Assembly: GCA_016176335.1 (NCBI GenBank)
Contig: JACOXI010000004.1
Span: forward strand, 18,303 to 82,302
DNA from: Candidatus Daviesbacteria bacterium
Lineage (GTDB): Bacteria; Patescibacteriota; Microgenomatia; Daviesbacterales; UBA10151
Length of the DNA: 64,000 nucleotides
Reading direction: 5' to 3'
In this document: one piece after another, positions 25,923 through 34,860 of the stretch
Layout: the number at the start of each line of letters is the position of its first letter
Position numbering within the stretch: the first letter of the stretch is position 1
Notes under the pieces: generated by a model
The model's database searches: none
Told to the model about the DNA's origin: nothing
Seen by the model: only the letters and a program-made list of their open reading frames with translations
Position numbers and translations under genes: made by a program

Positions 25923-26689
25923 CAAAGAGACAAAAAATAATCATTACCGCAATCCTATTAACTGCGGGACTACTGTCTACACAGCTGGTAGACTTTAATT
26001 TAAGATTTAGATTTATTGCAGGACTGGGAATTTTAGCCTGCATTCTCTCTCTTTGGGCCCTGCGAGAGGGTTTGAATACAACCAAGGCAGTGATTTTGAT
26101 GATATTGCCCACTCTTTATACGTTGGCTGTTGCATCTTTTTATTTTTTATTACCTGTTAGGTGGTTAACAAGGCTGCCTGTGGCATTTGCCTTTGGATTA
26201 ACATTTTACCTTTGCCTGCTTTCACAAAACGTATTCAATGTAGCTGCCATAAGAACAATTCCTTTGTACAGGGCAGCCTCAACAGCCGCATTTTTATTCA
26301 CTCTTCTTTCAGCTTTTTTTATATTTAATGTGGTACATGCTTTTAATCTGCTATTTTTGTGGAATGGATTGATGGTTGGTTTGATCAGCTTTCCTTTAAT
26401 TTTGCAGATTCTTTGGTCAATTTCAATGGAGGATAAAGTTCCCACCGAAACTTACATCCAAAGTTTTATTTTGAGTCTGATAATGGGGGAGTTGGCTTTG
26501 GCTTTTTCCTTTTGGCCCATCCCCACAACCATTTGGTCATTGGCGCTCTCATCAAGTATGTATGTGCTTTTGGGGCTAACCTCGCAATTTTTAAAAGGCA
26601 AGGTTAATAAAAGGGTAGTGTGGGAGTATATCGGGATTGGAGTTTTGGTACTTTTGGTCAGTTTATTTTTGACCTCTTGGACAGGATAA
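25919..26689 (+). CDS. Polytopic membrane hypothetical protein
   Basis: About 7 TM helices. ATGA start/stop overlap with ruvC. Confidence 0.5.
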   Translation: MTKRQKIIITAILLTAGLLSTQLVDFNLRFRFIAGLGILACILSLWALREGLNTTKAVILMILPTLYTLAVASFYFLLPVRWLTRLPVAFAFGLTFYLCLLSQNVFNVAAIRTIPLYRAASTAAFLFTLLSAFFIFNVVHAFNLLFLWNGLMVGLISFPLILQILWSISMEDKVPTETYIQSFILSLIMGELALAFSFWPIPTTIWSLALSSSMYVLLGLTSQFLKGKVNKRVVWEYIGIGVLVLLVSLFLTSWTG

Positions 26690-26697
26690 TTTAAAAA

Positions 26698-26725
26698 TTT
26701 CTAATTTCTAATTTCTAATTTCTAA
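26698..26725. repeat. Heptamer microsatellite (tttctaa)x4
   Basis: Direct tandem tttctaatttctaatttctaatttctaa, visible in the sequence. Confidence 0.8.
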
Positions 26726-27571
26726 ACTAAGAGGGGGAGTAGAGGGGTATATAGAATTATATAAACGTGAAAAATTTAGCGGAAATTCGTGAAAACTAGG
26801 GTTGATACAGTATGATGTAGTTAACAGGTATGAATGTGGAAAACTATAGGTCTCGTGGTGCTCGCTTCGCTTACTCCTTTGCGAGCCTGCGAGTGTTACG
26901 CTACTATTACGTTTGAGTGGTACAATAGCGCTTCTCTCCTTGATAACCTTTATATTTTATCAGCACTAGATTGATATAGTTGCTAATTAAACCCGAAGGA
27001 GTCGGAGAAGAGTGTGTCTTGGACGTACCTGTAACTAAAGCAATAGAAGTGCAAGAATACAGATTGGTGTTTTGTCTTTATGGTTTTAAATTCTTTATCC
27101 TCTTTTAAGCAAAACCTCCTGCTACCCAATTTTGATGTCGGACAATATAAGAAAACAACAAAATCGGAGAAGTGGTCAGATTCTCAAATTCCTTATTAAA
27201 TAAGAGATTTGGTGAGGAAGTTTAAGAATTTTTTCAGGTGCCCAAAAACGGTAATTCCCGTCCAAAATTTTATTATTTTAGAAATTTAAATTTTAAAATA
27301 TATCAATATTTAGTTTGGGCTTTCCTGACAACATAATCTGGATGATGGTAGGGTGGCACCCTCCCCCAATAAGCCGTTTTTGGGCCATTACAGGGCTTGG
27401 TGCCTAAACGTGCCCAGAGCGTAATGAAGAATAGCAGTCATTGTGTTAATGGGCTCACTCCATAATGTTTTGCGGGCCCCGATAGCGTCTAGAAGCTTAT
27501 TTGGTCACTTAGATATATTATATTGCTGGCCTCAAATTACTACTTGACAACACTTATGTAGGCTTGATATT

Positions 27572-28579
27572 ATGAGTATAATCAACCTAACACTCATTAT
27601 GTCAAGTTCCACCACTCCGCCAAAAAAGAAAATATCTCTTCCCTTGTTTGATGATTTTTTGCTGCATTTACAAACGAACAACTACTCTACCGAGACAATT
27701 TACAATTACGAAAGGGATCTTCTTACATTCACCTATTTTCTTGACAAAGAAATACAAAAAGACTTTGATGCAATCACCAAGTCCGACATTGAGCATTACA
27801 AAGGTTATCTTTTATCTACCGATCGTAAAACTGCAATTTCGAAGGAGGGTGCCTTAACTAAGTTACAAAGTGGATCCATGAATAGATTACTGTCATCTCT
27901 TAGGAGCTACTTGAAGTTTCTTATTTTTCAGGATTATAAGATTCCCATCCAGCCGGAGTTTATTAGAATGGTGAGAAAAGAAAAAAAACATTATAAAGTT
28001 GCAGAACTTGAAGAGTTAACTTCTTTAATTGAGTCACCATCTGTTTTAGAAAAAGATCCTATTGTGGCATCCCGAAATCGGGCTATGCTCGAAGTGCTTT
28101 TTGCAACAGGCATGAGAATTTCTGAACTTCTTTCCTTAAATAGAAGAGATATTGATCAAACCGGAAGGATTTTTATTATGGGTAAAGGTAAGAAGGAGCG
28201 TTTTGTTTATCTGACGGAGCGGGCCAAGTCTTTGATTGATGTTTATCTTAGATTAAGGAAGGATAATCTGCCTGCCCTATTTGTCCCTCAAAAAGGTAAA
28301 AGAATAGGTAAAAAAGATTGCCGTATTTCTCCTAACTATTTGCAATCCAAAATTAAAAGTTACCGTGAGAAATTAGGAATAATTGTGCCTACCAGCGCTC
28401 ACTCGCTGCGCCATGGTTTTGCTACTTATTTGGCAGAAGAAGGTGCCTCCCCTGCCGCGATACAGATTCTTCTTGGTCACGAATCTTTAAATACTACCAC
28501 TCGATATGTCAATGTTTCAGATAGATTTGCAGAAGAAGCTCATCGGAAATTTCATCCTCTTTCAGAAAAGCCTTCATAA
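27572..28579 (+). CDS. Tyrosine site-specific recombinase, XerC/XerD/integrase family
   Basis: N-terminal SAM-like domain (YSTETIYNYERDLLTFTYFL). C-terminal catalytic motifs HSLRHGFATYLAEEG and LLGHESLNTTTRYVNV (R..HxxR..Y). Confidence 0.85.
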   Translation: MSIINLTLIMSSSTTPPKKKISLPLFDDFLLHLQTNNYSTETIYNYERDLLTFTYFLDKEIQKDFDAITKSDIEHYKGYLLSTDRKTAISKEGALTKLQSGSMNRLLSSLRSYLKFLIFQDYKIPIQPEFIRMVRKEKKHYKVAELEELTSLIESPSVLEKDPIVASRNRAMLEVLFATGMRISELLSLNRRDIDQTGRIFIMGKGKKERFVYLTERAKSLIDVYLRLRKDNLPALFVPQKGKRIGKKDCRISPNYLQSKIKSYREKLGIIVPTSAHSLRHGFATYLAEEGASPAAIQILLGHESLNTTTRYVNVSDRFAEEAHRKFHPLSEKPS

Positions 28580-28666
28580 CTTGCTTCAAGTTACAAGAAG
28601 CAAGATGTAATCTTGCGATTATAATTAGCTTGACTTTGTAACTTAAATTGTTCTAGTGTAATTATA

Positions 28667-28939
28667 ATGGATTATTCCGCAGAAAAATTATTTTCCAAGA
28701 AAAATATCATTACCTTTCTTTTGTTGGCAATTATTGCTGCTGCTGTTCCTTTGGGTTTAAAGCTGGTGCAAACCCAACAGATATTAAGATCCCGGGCAGT
28801 TGCCCCGGGAAACGAGGTAACTTTTCCCGAACTTACCAGACAAGACGCGGAGGGAAATCCTCTAACCAATACCCAGCAAATTCAAATTAGGCTGGAATCA
28901 CCGTTTGGCCCGCCGGCAAGTACAACACAAACACAATGA
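28667..28939 (+). CDS. Small membrane-anchored protein resembling the N-terminal module of the downstream giant protein
   Basis: TM helix followed by LKLVQTQQILRSRAVAPG, paralogous to VRLVQQQTQLKSKAVDTCG at the start of 28936..32391. Stop overlaps that gene's start. Confidence 0.4.
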   Translation: MDYSAEKLFSKKNIITFLLLAIIAAAVPLGLKLVQTQQILRSRAVAPGNEVTFPELTRQDAEGNPLTNTQQIQIRLESPFGPPASTTQTQ

Positions 28940-31900
28940 ATTTCTTTGCTCTAAAAAATATAATCGGTTTTTTAATAGTTATAACTTTGATCTCCGGTGT
29001 TGCTATTGGTGTAAGGCTGGTACAGCAGCAAACTCAACTTAAATCCAAAGCAGTTGATACTTGCGGAGATAATCCTGTACCTCCACCTGAAGGTGGTTAT
29101 ACTTGGAAAGCGGATTGTAGTTCGGTATGTAATAGTAATACTGACTGTCCCATAGGAGCTAATAATCAAGAGGGGTGGTGTTATGGATTTGAAGGTGGAG
29201 CAAAGTGTCTTAAATTAGTATCAACTGGAAATGTAGGAACAGGTGCAGCACCTGTGGCAGGGCAAGCCTGCAGTGCTGCTGATGGTTGTGGTGAAAGAAA
29301 TGGCCTCTATTGTCGAGGTTTTGATGGAGGATCTTACACATGGATTTCTGAAACAGATGCTAAGAACTTTTGCTCTAGTCAGCAACGTCTGACTGCCGAG
29401 TGTGAGGGCGTCACCAAAGCTTGGTGTTGGGATACTACTGGTACAGGGGCAGCAGCATGGCATCCCACCCCTCCCGAGGAAGGCAGGCAATGTGACAAGC
29501 GGATCAGTTGCGGCCGTGCAATATGGTTACCCGACCAAGGCAAGAAACTATATTGCCGAAGTTTTAATAACCAGAACGACTTTAGATGGATTGATGAAAA
29601 CACAGCTTTGCAGCGCTGTGCCAGCAAACAGTACCAAACCACCCAATGTACCCCAGACGGCAGGAGCAGTCCGGAGACTACTGCCTGGTGTTGGAATGAT
29701 GGTTTGTGGCGTACCACTACCCCTCCTGCGGGTGGTCCAGATACCCCTGCCTGTACTGTGGATCTTAAAGCTAACGGATCTGATGGACCGGTGACTGTGG
29801 ATAATAATGCCACCGTAACTTTATCCTGGACCTCTCAAAATGCTGACAGAGTTAATGCCACCGGGGCCTGGTCGGGATCAAAAAGTACTTCTGGTTCAGA
29901 AACCACTGATCCATTGTCTGGTCCCAGTAGTTCGACCTTTTCCCTAACTTGTTTTAAGAATAACTCTACCCAAACTTCGGTTGATTCTGTTCAAGTTAAT
30001 GTGAGAGGTCCCGGGGGTGCTGCACCATCTGCCCAAGATTTCTCTATTTCTGCTTCCGCCCCGAACCCGGCAAGTATTACAGCAGGAGCTTCTGCCAGCT
30101 CCACCTCCACCGTCACTATTACCTCACTTAACAGCTTCAACAGCGCTGTGGTTTTATCAGCCGTCTCTCCCCGTACAGATATCACTGCTAGCGTTAATCC
30201 TACCTCCGTTACCCCTGCAGCTAATGGCACAGCAGCCACCAGTACTCTAACCATCACCACCGCTGCTGCTACCCCTGTCGGTAGTTACACCATCAACGTT
30301 ACCGGTACCAGCGGAGCTCTCACCCACCCCGTCGCAGTCCCCCTAACAGTAGTTTCTACTGCTTCTGCTCCTACTGCAGGCAGCAGATGTGACTATGACA
30401 TATTAGATATAAACGGCAGGAGCGTAAAGACTACTGGCCCTATTTATGAAAATGATAGATACACCTTCAGAATTACCATGACCAATACCGGCAGAGCAGG
30501 ACAGAGTGGAGATTGGACCAAATCTAACCAATGGTTGCAGGCACTTGAGAACACCGAATCTGCGTGGAGAATTGCCCAACGCTTTCAATTACCCAAAGAT
30601 CAGGTATCAAAAGATACAAGTGTTGTTTTTAATATAGATGCGACTGCTGGTCCGATTTCGACCCAAGATAAAAACTTTGAGGATAGGCCAACTTCCTTTT
30701 CCATGGCAGAAACCGGCACAGGCCCTTTTGGGGCAACTTGTCCTACGGAAGTAAGAGTCTTAAGAAAGCCGGCAGGTTTGGTATCTACCAAATGTTATGT
30801 CATATCGGAGAATCGAAGTGAAGTAGATAGTGTCTTAAGTTGTGATGATCCTTTGGCAAAACCATATACTAACAATCCCACAATTAGAAACTACACTTTT
30901 AGAGATCAGACTCCCGGAAAAAAGTTCATCTTTGTTAAGTTTTTCGATGTCAATAACCGCCCCAGCAATATGATTACAAAAACCGTTACTTACTCCCCCA
31001 ATCCGGCCATATCAAACGTTCTCTGTGCTTATGGTGGTTCCGGTCTGACCACCGTTTATAATATAACAGGTAATGGTTTCGGCTTGAGGAATGTCAATAA
31101 CAGGCTAAAAGTGGGTGATCAAAATGCCACAATACTGTCATGGGGGTCTGCAGAAATTACTGCCCAAGTTGATCAAAGAGTTGAAGGGGACACTGCTTTG
31201 CAGGTTGCTTTGGAAGATGGAAGAAAGGCTGACGGTTCTTGTGCTGTTGGGATAACCACAGCCACCTTGTCCGTTAAAAATCAATGCTTGAGTGGACAAT
31301 TTGATACGGATAATGTTGATGTGAAACTCTTTAGCAACGGGCCTGAACCGTTTGTCAGACAAACAATCAAAACAGATAAAGAAGGAAAAGCCCAAGGGTT
31401 TATTCCAAAACTTGAGAAAAACAAAAATTACACTATGATTGTTAAAGCTCCCGGTACTCTGGCAAAAGGAGTGGTATTTCGGACAACCTCGGGAACAAGT
31501 GTGATTGGGCCGATTGTTCTGCCTTGTGGAAATATTGCCCCTCTTCCTGTTCCTGATAACGTAATAAATTCATTTGATGTCAGTGCTCTTTTTTCCCAGT
31601 GGAGCTTGGTAAAAGATGTTTCAAAGCCGGCTGATTTGAATAGGGACGGCAGGGTCAACAGTGTTGATTATGCTTTTATGAAGCTTAATTTTAACCAGCA
31701 GGATGACGTATTTACCCTACCGGTTGTTGCGTCTCCTACTCCATCACCATCACCAAGTCCTTCACCTTCAGTTGTTCCTTCTTCCTTTTCCAGCGCCGAT
31801 GTATTTCGTGATTATATTCTGAATGCCTATGGTTTTACCGCAACTGCGGCGGATTTTATAAAGCGTAATTCTACTATTACAGTGAATGACTTAAGCGATT

Positions 31901-32391
31901 CCTGTAGCGGTGGTGGAGGTTTTTGGATTCCGGCCACTAGAAATGTTCAATTGAATTGTGCCCAACACGAAGGGACAGTACATGAACTTTCTCATGTTTG
32001 GTGGCATACATTCAGGTTACAAAATCCAGAGATGGTTAAAGGACTAGCACGGGATGTGGTAAGGCTTGCAGATGGTGATGGATCATCAATTGCTGTGGCA
32101 TTTGCCCGTACCTATGTATACGGAGATGGAGGAAGTTTTAAGGGAATGTATTGTAATAATGGTTGTGTTGCTGATGTCCATAATCTTCAAGATAGTGATT
32201 TCGATCTAACAGAGGCAGCCAGTAATGCTAAAATTAATGATTGGGAAATTTATGCTGGTTTGTCCTCTTGGACTGTGGGGAGGTTTAAAACTGGTTCAAG
32301 AGCGTTACCATCTTACTTTTGGAAGTATTTCGAACCACAATTTACAGGAACAATCCAGATAACACCATACTATGACGGAGGACATGCTTGA
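28936..32391 (+). CDS. Giant surface protein: N-terminal signal anchor, Cys-rich repeats, Ig-like (CARDB/PKD-like) domains, dockerin-like module, Pro/Ser linker, C-terminal HExxH zincin-like domain
   Basis: Three Cys-rich repeats (YCRGF...WI.E..A...C...Q..T..C........AWCW). Ig-like repeats (TVTLSWTSQNADRVNATGAWSG; TINVTGTSGALTHPVAVPLTVV). Dockerin-type Ca-loop repeats NSFDVSALFSQW and DLNRDGRVNSVDYAFMKLNF. SPTPSPSPSPSPS linker. TVHELSHVWWH metalloprotease motif. GC content is visibly higher than the surrounding sequence. Confidence 0.8.
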   Translation: MNFFALKNIIGFLIVITLISGVAIGVRLVQQQTQLKSKAVDTCGDNPVPPPEGGYTWKADCSSVCNSNTDCPIGANNQEGWCYGFEGGAKCLKLVSTGNVGTGAAPVAGQACSAADGCGERNGLYCRGFDGGSYTWISETDAKNFCSSQQRLTAECEGVTKAWCWDTTGTGAAAWHPTPPEEGRQCDKRISCGRAIWLPDQGKKLYCRSFNNQNDFRWIDENTALQRCASKQYQTTQCTPDGRSSPETTAWCWNDGLWRTTTPPAGGPDTPACTVDLKANGSDGPVTVDNNATVTLSWTSQNADRVNATGAWSGSKSTSGSETTDPLSGPSSSTFSLTCFKNNSTQTSVDSVQVNVRGPGGAAPSAQDFSISASAPNPASITAGASASSTSTVTITSLNSFNSAVVLSAVSPRTDITASVNPTSVTPAANGTAATSTLTITTAAATPVGSYTINVTGTSGALTHPVAVPLTVVSTASAPTAGSRCDYDILDINGRSVKTTGPIYENDRYTFRITMTNTGRAGQSGDWTKSNQWLQALENTESAWRIAQRFQLPKDQVSKDTSVVFNIDATAGPISTQDKNFEDRPTSFSMAETGTGPFGATCPTEVRVLRKPAGLVSTKCYVISENRSEVDSVLSCDDPLAKPYTNNPTIRNYTFRDQTPGKKFIFVKFFDVNNRPSNMITKTVTYSPNPAISNVLCAYGGSGLTTVYNITGNGFGLRNVNNRLKVGDQNATILSWGSAEITAQVDQRVEGDTALQVALEDGRKADGSCAVGITTATLSVKNQCLSGQFDTDNVDVKLFSNGPEPFVRQTIKTDKEGKAQGFIPKLEKNKNYTMIVKAPGTLAKGVVFRTTSGTSVIGPIVLPCGNIAPLPVPDNVINSFDVSALFSQWSLVKDVSKPADLNRDGRVNSVDYAFMKLNFNQQDDVFTLPVVASPTPSPSPSPSPSVVPSSFSSADVFRDYILNAYGFTATAADFIKRNSTITVNDLSDSCSGGGGFWIPATRNVQLNCAQHEGTVHELSHVWWHTFRLQNPEMVKGLARDVVRLADGDGSSIAVAFARTYVYGDGGSFKGMYCNNGCVADVHNLQDSDFDLTEAASNAKINDWEIYAGLSSWTVGRFKTGSRALPSYFWKYFEPQFTGTIQITPYYDGGHA

Positions 32392-32423
32392 CGGTAACAA
32401 CCGATAGGCGGTAAGCTAAAATT

Positions 32424-33008
32424 ATGGATAATCAAAATAAATGGCTAGGGTTAATCAATAAAAAAAACATCCTGATACTTTTGGGAGCGGTTATTGTGGT
32501 GGAAGTTTTGTGGGCCGGTTGGACTCTTTATCAAACAAACAGGCAGATCGTTCAAACGGTTCCCCCTGTTGCCACCAAACCTCAACCTACCCAAATTGAG
32601 CTTCGAACAGATAAAACAAGCGTTAAAGTGGGAGAAAAGTTTACAGTTTCTATAAATATGTTATCCGACAAATCAACTGACGGGGCTGATTTGATCATAA
32701 ATTATGACCCGAAACTTCTGTTGGCTGAACCGCTTACCTTGGGTACACTTTACAATGAATATCCCAAAAATACAATTGACGCTCGGGCTGGTAAGATTAC
32801 TGTTTCCGGTATTTCAACCGCAACGGACGGGATCAAGCCAAACGGGTTATTCGGTTCGATGGTATTTACGGCCAAAGGTCAAGGCCAGTCCTCTATATCT
32901 TTGGAATTTACACCGGGATCAACAGTTGACACCAATATTATAGAACAAGGAACAGGCAAAGATATACTGGAGAAAGTCAAGAATGTGGAGGTAACAATTA
33001 GTCCATGA
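32424..33008 (+). CDS. Cohesin-domain protein with N-terminal membrane anchor
   Basis: N-terminal TM helix. Cohesin-like beta-sandwich motifs: VGEKFTVSINM, LIINYDPKLL, AGKITVSGIS, GLFGSMVFTAKGQG. Confidence 0.65.
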   Translation: MDNQNKWLGLINKKNILILLGAVIVVEVLWAGWTLYQTNRQIVQTVPPVATKPQPTQIELRTDKTSVKVGEKFTVSINMLSDKSTDGADLIINYDPKLLLAEPLTLGTLYNEYPKNTIDARAGKITVSGISTATDGIKPNGLFGSMVFTAKGQGQSSISLEFTPGSTVDTNIIEQGTGKDILEKVKNVEVTISP

Positions 33009-33802
33009 GAATTCAAAATGTTTTTCAAACTGCCTTCGGCAGAACAAAATTCAAAATTCAAAATTACAATTCAAAATTTAAAATTTTTAAAACTTTTTAC
33101 TTTTTACTTGCATTTTTGACTTTTAATTTTTACCTTTTAACTTTTCCCACCCCTGCGCTTGCCCAAGCCGCCACCCTGTCCCTTTCTCCCTCCTCGGGCA
33201 CATTTAACAGGAGCTGTACCATTACTTTGGATATCAGATTGGATACAGCGGGAGCTCAAACAGACGGTACAGATGCGATCTTAACTTATGACTCATCAAG
33301 ACTTACTGCTACCTCAATTACAAGCGGAAATATCTATCCTGATTATCCCGGAAATAATATTGATGATACGAACGGGAAGATTACTGTTTCAGGTTTAGCC
33401 TCTGTTTCTTCTGCTTTTTCCGGGCAAGGAAGTGTTGCTACGGTCAAATTTACGATTAAAGATAACGCTCCAACAGGTGCAACTCAAGTCAAGTTTGATT
33501 TTGACCCGTCCGATAAAAGTAAAACTACAGATTCCAATGTAGTACAAAGAGGTACTGCTTCGGATATATTAAGTTCGGTGGTGAATGGAAATTATAATGT
33601 TGGAACAGGCACATGCGCCGCCGCACCCGCAACAGCCGTAAAAGGAGGACAAGGAGCTGTTTCCACACCATCAGGTAAAACTCTCGATCAGTTAGTAGAC
33701 AAAACAGGAAAAGGACCAGGCACACCCGAGCTCACCTTTACCCTGACAATTGTGGGATCGGTTTTGGTAGTGTTGGGAATTTTAGGATTGGCACTACTCT
33801 AA
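33005..33802 (+). CDS. Cohesin-domain protein with signal peptide and C-terminal membrane anchor (paralog of 32424..33008)
   Basis: ILTYDSSRLTATSITSGNIYPDY, NGKITVSGLAS and GSVATVKFTIKDNAPTGATQVKF match the cohesin consensus. C-terminal TM LTIVGSVLVVLGILGLALL. The N-terminal ~30 codons are built from the repeat family (ctgccttcggcagaacaaa + attcaaa units). Confidence 0.65.
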   Translation: MRIQNVFQTAFGRTKFKIQNYNSKFKIFKTFYFLLAFLTFNFYLLTFPTPALAQAATLSLSPSSGTFNRSCTITLDIRLDTAGAQTDGTDAILTYDSSRLTATSITSGNIYPDYPGNNIDDTNGKITVSGLASVSSAFSGQGSVATVKFTIKDNAPTGATQVKFDFDPSDKSKTTDSNVVQRGTASDILSSVVNGNYNVGTGTCAAAPATAVKGGQGAVSTPSGKTLDQLVDKTGKGPGTPELTFTLTIVGSVLVVLGILGLALL

Positions 33803-33930
33803 TCTCAAATCTTAGATCTCCCGTCAAAGACGAGGCTCGCTCGCCTCGTGGCGAAGCAATGGGCCTCTGGCGGCAAATCGCAAATCTGCAACTTATGACA
33901 TTTGAGTTTTGAGATAATAATGTCGTACAA
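33803..33930. repeat. Modular intergenic hairpin repeat, copy 3, with embedded GC-rich palindromic insert
   Basis: tctcaaatcttagatctc ... [cgaggctcgctcgcctcgtggcgaagc ...] ... acatttgagttttgagata. The termini match copy 1. Confidence 0.65.
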
Positions 33931-33935
33931 TATTA

Positions 33936-34826
33936 TTGATGCAACTGTCCAATCTAATTACTGACTTCCTGGAATATTTAGAACTTGAGCGAAACGCCTC
34001 CCAACTGACAATTAAAAACTATGACTATTACCTGAAAAGATTTTTGGAATTTGCCCGCTCGCCATCGCTACGCTCAGGCGTTAGCGGGCGAGCCGGAAAT
34101 ATTAGCCCCAGAGAAATCAATCTGGACTTGGTCGGGAAATACAGGCTATACCTGTCCCGAAAGCCGCTAAAACGCATCACCCAAAACTTTTTTCTGATTG
34201 CCCTGCGGGCATTTTTGAGATACTTGGCGCAAATTGATATCACCACCCTACCTCCCCAAAAAGTGGAGCTTTGGGAAACAGACGCGCGACCGATAAATTT
34301 TTTGGACCAAACTCACTTGAGATTTCTGCTTAAGGCTCCTGATATAACTAAAAAGGATGGTATGCGCGACCGTGCTATTTTGGAGATGCTTTTTTCAACC
34401 GGTCTGCTTGTATCGGAATTGGCATCCTTAAATTGCGACACAATTAATTTAGGAAGTTGGGAATTTCGGATCATTGGAAAAGGAGGGAAAGAGCGGGTGG
34501 TTTTCATTTCCGATTCCGCTCATGGATGGTTGAGAAAATACCTAATGGTCAGAAAAGATACTTTTAAGCCCTTATTTATCAGGTTTCAAGGAAAAGTTGA
34601 CCCTGCAAACGGCGGTGAATCAATGAGATTGACTACTCGCTCTATTGAGAGAATCGTAGAAAAATATGCTAGCCGGCTGGGTTTGCCTATCAAGGTTACT
34701 CCCCACACATTAAGGCACTCATTTGCAATGGATTTGCTGACCTCCGGCGAGGATATAAGATCTGTTCAAGAAATGTTAGGTCACTCCTCTATCTCCACCA
34801 CGCAAATTTATACACGTCACAAATAA
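33936..34826 (+). CDS. Tyrosine site-specific recombinase XerD/XerC-like, with a GC-rich in-frame insertion
   Basis: Catalytic motifs HTLRHSFAMDLLTSGEDIRSVQEMLGHSSISTTQIYTRH. Insertion RSPSLRSGVSGRAGN is encoded by gcccgctcgccatcgctacgctcaggcgttagcgggcgagcc. Confidence 0.85.
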   Translation: MMQLSNLITDFLEYLELERNASQLTIKNYDYYLKRFLEFARSPSLRSGVSGRAGNISPREINLDLVGKYRLYLSRKPLKRITQNFFLIALRAFLRYLAQIDITTLPPQKVELWETDARPINFLDQTHLRFLLKAPDITKKDGMRDRAILEMLFSTGLLVSELASLNCDTINLGSWEFRIIGKGGKERVVFISDSAHGWLRKYLMVRKDTFKPLFIRFQGKVDPANGGESMRLTTRSIERIVEKYASRLGLPIKVTPHTLRHSFAMDLLTSGEDIRSVQEMLGHSSISTTQIYTRHK

Positions 34827-34860
34827 ATCTTACTTTTCCTCATCTGCTACAATATATTTT

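Noticed and set aside
26690-27571. rRNA, RNase P RNA or tRNA in the ORF-free 880 nt
   Set aside because: No recognisable conserved rRNA blocks, RNase P P4/CR motifs (GGAAAGTCCGGGCTCC-like) or tRNA cloverleaf could be found by eye. It is kept as an unexplained region in the findings rather than called as an RNA gene.
29221-30260. Several 80-145-aa ORFs on both strands inside the giant surface-protein gene
   Set aside because: These are artefacts of locally higher GC and repetitive Thr/Ala/Gly/Ser codons. The long + strand ORF has coherent domain structure throughout.
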